Shown piece by piece: positions 23,407 through 29,227 of a DNA stretch of 29,227 nt. A program made the position numbers and the translations under genes. Source of the DNA: a virus (Duplodnaviria; Caudoviricetes); the IMG/VR virus record IMGVR_UViG_3300032318_002680, positions 1 through 29,227 of that record; one strand, given 5' to 3'. How positions within the stretch are numbered: the stretch's first letter is position 1; every line of letters begins with the position of its first letter. The notes under the pieces were generated by a model. That model was not told where the DNA came from. It was given only the letters and a program-made list of their open reading frames with translations, and searched no databases.

Positions 23407-26400
23407 ATGGCATCAAAAGTCAGCGTTGGAAAGACCTCACCGGTACCTCTAGGCCAACAACCGGCCGCTAACTCTCTCCCAGTGGTATTTGCCGAGGATC
23501 AGGCACCTATACCCGTAGAGGAGCAGAATAAGATCCAGTCGGAAGTGGCTCTGAGCCTGCTGGGTATCCCTAGAGCCGAGGTGGCGCTGGGTATCTTCGC
23601 TGACGTTAACACCTACGACGTCAACCCGTCCGAGTGGGCTCAGTTCCCACTCGAGAACACCCCGGACCCTAGTGGCGAGGGCATCGACTATGGTGTGGAG
23701 CATATCCCCGAGGAAGCCGGGGCAAGACTCGTGGCTCCGGACGTCAAGACCACCGTACTGACCTCCAAGCGTTTCTTCCGCTACCAGCCTGGACGTGTCT
23801 CCGCCTCCACAATGGGTGTGAAGATGAACCTCACCCGCGACCCAGAGGAGCAGACCTCCGCCCTCCAGGCCAAGATGAAGGGGGCCCCATCGCTGAAGAA
23901 GTGGGGCATCTTCGACAAATTCGACGGTTACTACTTCGAGGCGGCTAACGCTGGAAAGGGCAACGACTTCCGCTGCGTTCGTCGGACGCAGGCCATCATC
24001 CCCTCCGAGCCTTCCGGCTACGCCGGGGCTCTGAGCTGGTTCCAGAACAGCGACGACACCGACTTCACTCCAGCGACCAACTTCGGCGTGGCCGGCCTAG
24101 ACCCGGTTATCGTGAGAGACGGTCTGGTCTACACCGCCGCTGCGATCTACGACCCCTCCCTAGTCTACGCTCCCGAGAGCGTTGCCGCTATTGATGCGTC
24201 AGGAGACCCCTCCGGAGCTCTGAAGAACTACCAATCCGATTCGGGATACGCAGTTCGCCTCGCGACTTTCAACGGAACAGTCTGGTCGGAGGTCATGACC
24301 GACCGTCACTACCAGTTCCCATTCGATCAGTCTAAGACCATCTCCCTGAGCCCGGAGAATACGTCACTGGATCGTGGGTACATCCGCCTCGACGCTCACT
24401 GCAACTTCTATAAGACCATCTCCAACCTCAACCGCAAAGCCTCCTACACCTCTTTCCCCGCGGTTAAGAGCTCGCTTGAGGCTTCGGAGTGGGGCATCGC
24501 CGGATCATCGATCAGTTCCTACAACTCCACGATCGTCGCCAATACCTGGGACACCGCTCCCTCCACCTCCAATAGTGAGAAGAAGGTGTGGCACCTGATG
24601 GTGAATACCCAGGGCGTTGATGCCGGCTATCGTATCTCCGACGCCCAGCACTCGGCCTCCCCCAGCCTCCCAGCAAACGTTAAAGCCCGCACAGTCACCA
24701 ATGGCAACGTAACCCTCAAGGAGTGGTTCAACCTGTGCGTTCCCAAGCCCTACCGCATGGTGTATGAGTGGAGGCCGGTGAGAGCAATGTTCTCCGGCGA
24801 CAAACTCGACGGTGCTGAGTCGGTGGTACGCTGGAGCGACGTGAACACCGCCGCTGAGGACACCACAGTGGGGGGCGGTTCAGTTATCAACCTTCCGGGT
24901 CAGAAGATCAAGACCGCTGACAACGAGGATCTTACAACCGTCTCCGCCTACAACATCGATTTCACAAAGGTAACAATGTGGAAGATCGAGTTCTCGTGGT
25001 ACGGTGCTGTTGGCGCCATCTTCCTCTGCTATGTGCCCGTTGGCAACAACGAAGCGAGGTGGGTGAGAGTCCACCACATCAGAGCCTCCAACCAGCACTC
25101 GGTCGCTTCTCTGGGTAATGCCACCCTCCCCATCACCTACCTCACTCACGGAGGTCCGGAGAGCGGACTCGAGTCGACGGACATCGGCAACACCCTGGTC
25201 AAGTACGGTGCTTCCTACTACATTGACGGAGGAGACAAGGGTACCGTCCGCCTGCTCTCAAAGGCCTCCGATTTCCAGCGTGAAGTGCCCAAAGGCTTCT
25301 ACGACTTCACCGCTACTAACTGGACGAGGACATCAGCTTCCGAGCTAACCTACTCCGCCGTAACCCACCCCAACGTGGCCGGTGGAGTGGCTGTTGGTCT
25401 GATGGGAGCGTACCTGGCATCCGACTCCACCGCCAAGGTCAAGTGGGTGACGCAGAGTGGTAATGACATCACCCTCCACTTCACCAACTCCGCGCTTCCG
25501 GCAACCAACGCCACAGGCGTAAGACTCGTCACCCCCAGGACCCAGCGCTCCCTCCTAACGGTCCGCGCCAAAGACTTCATCTACAACAGAGATGGTAAAC
25601 CCGTCCGCAACCGTCTCCAGATCTACCCTATCAAGTACGGAGCGGGCGTGACCGGTGGGACTTCGGGTGAACTTCTCACCCTGAGAGCCTTTAAGAACCC
25701 ACTCTTCATCGTAACTAATACCTCGACATCTCTTGGTACCTCGGTGGCTTACACCGGAGCGGGTATCGTCCGTGATCCTGTAACCACCTCCAACAACTAC
25801 GTCAATACTAAGAACTCGACTCTGCCCGTGCAGGTAGGCTTTGCTTCCCCTCCGACTATCGGAGTAGGAAAGTACCGTTACGGTTACTTCCTGGGCACCA
25901 CGTCCCAGTCCACGGCTTCCACCGGCTGGACCATCGGATCCACCTCGCCCGCGGCTTACACCCCCATCCTCGGAAAACTATTCCAGACCTCAGCCGGATA
26001 CTTCTTCGAGAAGTTCTTCTCCTATCCTGAGGACATCTACATCGTCGGACTCTTCATCCCCGAGCGGCACCTCACTCTGAGCTCTGCCGGAGTGCTCTCG
26101 GAGGCCGTGCTCTCTGCCGGCGGAGGTATTCTCGGATCGAGCGCCTCCACCGACCAGACTAAGTGGAATCGCCTTGAGGCCGATGGTCTGGCAACCTGGG
26201 AGGACATCACCCGTCTCTCCGGTGTGCAGATCGCCCAGGACCTGGGCCTTACCCCCATCTCCGATACCGGCAACGAGATCCTCTCCTACTACGCAAACGC
26301 CGGGGGTTACCAATTCGACCTCCAGGATTACTTCGCCTACAATAAGGAGTATCTGTCCTTCCCTCTCACCGACGAGGTGGACATCATCACCCTCCAGGGC

Positions 26401-26493
26401 CACTACGATATATCAGTCCAGGCGTTAGGCTCAACCACCCCCGCCACCTCACCGTTCAAAGTCAATAACGCCCTGACCTGGGAGGAGCAGTGA
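23407..26493 (+). CDS. Large virion structural protein (FRYQPGR...KIEF-x-WYGA type)
   Basis: 1028 aa, beta-rich; paralogous to the downstream CDS. Confidence 0.75.
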   Translation: MASKVSVGKTSPVPLGQQPAANSLPVVFAEDQAPIPVEEQNKIQSEVALSLLGIPRAEVALGIFADVNTYDVNPSEWAQFPLENTPDPSGEGIDYGVEHIPEEAGARLVAPDVKTTVLTSKRFFRYQPGRVSASTMGVKMNLTRDPEEQTSALQAKMKGAPSLKKWGIFDKFDGYYFEAANAGKGNDFRCVRRTQAIIPSEPSGYAGALSWFQNSDDTDFTPATNFGVAGLDPVIVRDGLVYTAAAIYDPSLVYAPESVAAIDASGDPSGALKNYQSDSGYAVRLATFNGTVWSEVMTDRHYQFPFDQSKTISLSPENTSLDRGYIRLDAHCNFYKTISNLNRKASYTSFPAVKSSLEASEWGIAGSSISSYNSTIVANTWDTAPSTSNSEKKVWHLMVNTQGVDAGYRISDAQHSASPSLPANVKARTVTNGNVTLKEWFNLCVPKPYRMVYEWRPVRAMFSGDKLDGAESVVRWSDVNTAAEDTTVGGGSVINLPGQKIKTADNEDLTTVSAYNIDFTKVTMWKIEFSWYGAVGAIFLCYVPVGNNEARWVRVHHIRASNQHSVASLGNATLPITYLTHGGPESGLESTDIGNTLVKYGASYYIDGGDKGTVRLLSKASDFQREVPKGFYDFTATNWTRTSASELTYSAVTHPNVAGGVAVGLMGAYLASDSTAKVKWVTQSGNDITLHFTNSALPATNATGVRLVTPRTQRSLLTVRAKDFIYNRDGKPVRNRLQIYPIKYGAGVTGGTSGELLTLRAFKNPLFIVTNTSTSLGTSVAYTGAGIVRDPVTTSNNYVNTKNSTLPVQVGFASPPTIGVGKYRYGYFLGTTSQSTASTGWTIGSTSPAAYTPILGKLFQTSAGYFFEKFFSYPEDIYIVGLFIPERHLTLSSAGVLSEAVLSAGGGILGSSASTDQTKWNRLEADGLATWEDITRLSGVQIAQDLGLTPISDTGNEILSYYANAGGYQFDLQDYFAYNKEYLSFPLTDEVDIITLQGHYDISVQALGSTTPATSPFKVNNALTWEEQ

Positions 26494-26499
26494 TTCCTC

Positions 26500-29227
26500 A
26501 TGGCCCAGTATAGCATTAGAGCCCAGAAGACGGGCGTTAGGACCTACGAGAAGGAGCTTCAGATGATCAGCTATCGGGGAAGCTCGCTCTTCTCCGAGGA
26601 AGGCAACACCCTGATCTCTAAGAAGGACGTTTACTACCCACCCGACTATCTCTCAAAGGGGTCGGTGGCCGTGAACATGGACCCCAAATCCTACAAGAAG
26701 GATGGGTTGTCAACACGGAACATCTACAGCAAGGGCCGGCCAGCGGCCCTTCCGATTAAGGAGCGTTTTGCCGAGCAGAGCGCCGTCTCCAGGTCGCTCC
26801 TCGGTATAGATAGAGCGGAGACCCAGCAGGGGATCTTCGACGATGTTAGTACGTACGGTCTGGATAGAAAGGACTGGGTGGTGTACGCAGGCTGGGCGGA
26901 GCAGGGCCAGAATGGGGTCTGGGACGGTAAGAACTCCCCGGCCGGACCGCACATCCCGGTGAGGGACCGGGACTACTCCGAGGGCTCGTCCATCGTCATT
27001 GACTCCTACCCCGTACCTTACACCGACCCCAGCAACCCACCCGTCTATAACAAAATCGCGGGCATCACCGACAATCCCGGGCCTGGGTGGGGGCGCTATA
27101 TCCAGTCCCTCGTGGCTATGTACATCATCGAGTACATGGTCAATAACTTCACGCCGGAGCAGAGGAACGCCTTCCGTCTCAACTTCATCGAGAGAAAGTA
27201 CCCCAAGACCTCCGACGGGAAATTCAATCGCCTCTACTGGGATCAGATCTGGCTGGATATTAACCAGGGTCGTTTTGAGTCCTCGGGTAATATCCCCATC
27301 ATCCCGCGCGGCACCATGTTCAACTTCGCCCCGGATGCCGGCGAGGACACCATAGACCTCACGGCTCTGTTCGGAGCCGACCTACCCGCCGAGGAAGCCA
27401 ACGTATCCGTAAACTTCAACAAGTTCTTCTTCGCCTCCACCCGTTACACCTGGCGCGAGCCCAACCAGGGCCACTACGTTATCGCGACAAATAGTAACCC
27501 GGAGCTGTGGGACGAGTACTGGGGCATAGACTACAGCTCCCTTCCCGCCGATCTGAGAAACTGGGAGTTTCAGGTGTACTCGTCGCCGGGCGAAGTCCCG
27601 CAGTTTGTGATCGACTACAAACTTCCCTACTTCCTCATCACGTCTACCACACCGTCGGAATCGCTCATCTTCGGCCAGAGCTGGCCCCAGAGCTTCTCCG
27701 ACATATCCGTCCCTCAGATCACCAACATAATCTCCGACGGTAACCTGATCGGCGGGCGGGAGTGCGGTCTTGCCGTGATCACTCTCACGTCTCTCAGAGC
27801 GTTCCGCTACCAACCCGGTAGGATTAGTGGCTTCACCTACGGCGTCCGTGTCTCCGAGGAAGGAGCGGGCCCAGGATCCCTGCTCGAGTGGGGTGTGGAG
27901 AACTACACCGACGGTTACTTCTTCAGGCTCCAGGATGGCACGGACTTCTCCGTGGTCAGAAGGTCCACGATTCCGCTGGGGCAGACCGATCTATTCATCC
28001 AGGCCGAGTACAGGGAGCGCGAGGCGTACATCTCCCAGCTGACGGGGGTTGTAAGGTACAAGGATCTACTTACCGACTCCCAGGTACTCCAACTCGAGGC
28101 GGGAGTCAGAAACAAAACGGTGACCAAAGTCTACGAGACCGTCATCCAGCAGAACCAGATGAACGGAGACGGGCTCAACGGCCAGGGTGAGAGTGGTTAC
28201 ATCTTCAACCCCGACACCGTAACCATGTACAAGATCGAGTTCGGATGGTACGGTGCCATCGGTGCTCGGTTCTACATGTACATCCCGCAGAGCAATGGCT
28301 CGTCGAGGTGGGTGACGGTGCACACTCTCGTCATCGAGAACCAGATCGGCCAACCGTGCCTTGAGGATCCGTTCTTCTTCTTCAAGTACAGAGCCTACGT
28401 CGATAGCCCGAGCCGCATCCGCCTGCCCCAGTTCGTGGAGAAGTACGGAGCGTCCTACTACATCGACGGTGGCGACGAGGGTACCGTGTCGCTATCCAGC
28501 GGTAGGTCGGTGAATAGGCAGATCCCTGACATCACGTCGGACACTATCGAGGTTCCCATCTATAACTGGGCGAGCGTCCTAGGCCTAAAACCCAAGCAGT
28601 ACATTATCAACACCGAGGGCAACTCCTTCCCCAACAAGAAAGAGGTCTTTCCCATCTCCATGTCCATCACCTCCACAACCGCGACGGAGGTGAAGTTCGT
28701 CAATCAGTACGGATGCCGGGAGAACGCTTTTACTTTCCAGGAGGGGTACACGTGCATCCTGCCAGAGGAACAACGGTTACGGGGCCTCTTCAGCATCAAC
28801 CGACTCCAGAAAGACGAGACATCGCTCTCCTTCCTAGACCGCGACGAGCAGTCCCCGGTTCCTACGCTCTCCTACGTAGGACCCGATTCCGCCTACCCGG
28901 TATCCTCTAGCAACCTGATAAGCGGCGGGGTGTTTGTAGGCTGGGAAGCTTACGAGTCGGGGATGATCGGCTCCCACCTGATCGGGGATAAGGTGTACGC
29001 CATGTACGTCAATCCTACGCAGGAGTACGCCACGTCCCCGACAGGTGTCAGTGGCCCGGAGATCGTGGTGCAGAGATCCCTGGGTAGTAATGGCGCGTAC
29101 TACGTCGGGCAGTCGAAGGACCGCTCGTGGTCTGACGCCGAGCTCCTATTCAGGTTTAAGGAGGACGTCTCGCTAAAACTCTCCAGGTACCGCCAGGATA
29201 CCTCACTCCTATCCACCGTAGACATCA
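26500..29227 (+). CDS. Large virion structural protein, 3'-truncated (at least 909 codons), paralog of 23407; absent from the ORF track
   Basis: ATG 26500 (MAQYSIRAQKTG...), open in the segments I translated through to the end (...DTSLLSTVDI); shares SLLGI-x-RAE, GIF-x-DV-x-TY, FRYQPGR, VTM-x-KIEF-x-WYGA-x-GA, RWV-x-VH and KYGASYYIDGGD-x-GTV with 23407. Confidence 0.9.
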   Translation, partial: MAQYSIRAQKTGVRTYEKELQMISYRGSSLFSEEGNTLISKKDVYYPPDYLSKGSVAVNMDPKSYKKDGLSTRNIYSKGRPAALPIKERFAEQSAVSRSLLGIDRAETQQGIFDDVSTYGLDRKDWVVYAGWAEQGQNGVWDGKNSPAGPHIPVRDRDYSEGSSIVIDSYPVPYTDPSNPPVYNKIAGITDNPGPGWGRYIQSLVAMYIIEYMVNNFTPEQRNAFRLNFIERKYPKTSDGKFNRLYWDQIWLDINQGRFESSGNIPIIPRGTMFNFAPDAGEDTIDLTALFGADLPAEEANVSVNFNKFFFASTRYTWREPNQGHYVIATNSNPELWDEYWGIDYSSLPADLRNWEFQVYSSPGEVPQFVIDYKLPYFLITSTTPSESLIFGQSWPQSFSDISVPQITNIISDGNLIGGRECGLAVITLTSLRAFRYQPGRISGFTYGVRVSEEGAGPGSLLEWGVENYTDGYFFRLQDGTDFSVVRRSTIPLGQTDLFIQAEYREREAYISQLTGVVRYKDLLTDSQVLQLEAGVRNKTVTKVYETVIQQNQMNGDGLNGQGESGYIFNPDTVTMYKIEFGWYGAIGARFYMYIPQSNGSSRWVTVHTLVIENQIGQPCLEDPFFFFKYRAYVDSPSRIRLPQFVEKYGASYYIDGGDEGTVSLSSGRSVNRQIPDITSDTIEVPIYNWASVLGLKPKQYIINTEGNSFPNKKEVFPISMSITSTTATEVKFVNQYGCRENAFTFQEGYTCILPEEQRLRGLFSINRLQKDETSLSFLDRDEQSPVPTLSYVGPDSAYPVSSSNLISGGVFVGWEAYESGMIGSHLIGDKVYAMYVNPTQEYATSPTGVSGPEIVVQRSLGSNGAYYVGQSKDRSWSDAELLFRFKEDVSLKLSRYRQDTSLLSTVDI

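Noticed and set aside
26710-28910. Short ORFs listed by the track in this interval
   Set aside because: They are shadows of the long + strand CDS starting at 26500.
1-29227. Alternative genetic code (stop-codon reassignment)
   Set aside because: Genes tile densely under the standard code and TAA, TAG and TGA all end genes; only the 9632 junction is suggestive.

Overview
Virion-structure region of a large tailed (probably contractile-tailed) dsDNA phage; GC-rich backbone, almost all genes on the + strand. It opens with a Mu gp29/DUF935-type portal gene and a T4 gp19/eCIS-type tail tube gene. About 25 kb of fibre, adhesin and appendage genes follow: fibres, a 23-repeat BspA/DUF285-like LRR solenoid, four LamG/ConA-like paralogs, a beta-helix spike and two large paralogous structural proteins, the second missing from the ORF track because it runs off the window. 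A three-gene minus-strand island interrupts the region. The main observation is that the appendage genes reuse a small set of short terminal motifs and duplicated cassettes, with conserved flanks around AT-richer variable cores, suggesting a modular plug-and-socket, branched receptor-binding apparatus. A GTTTAAA motif upstream of five structural genes is a candidate phage-specific late promoter. An aquatic, possibly cyanobacterial, host is inferred but not demonstrated. All family calls are by-eye motif recognition; no searches were run. No tRNA, rRNA, CRISPR array, integrase, transposase or reverse transcriptase was seen.
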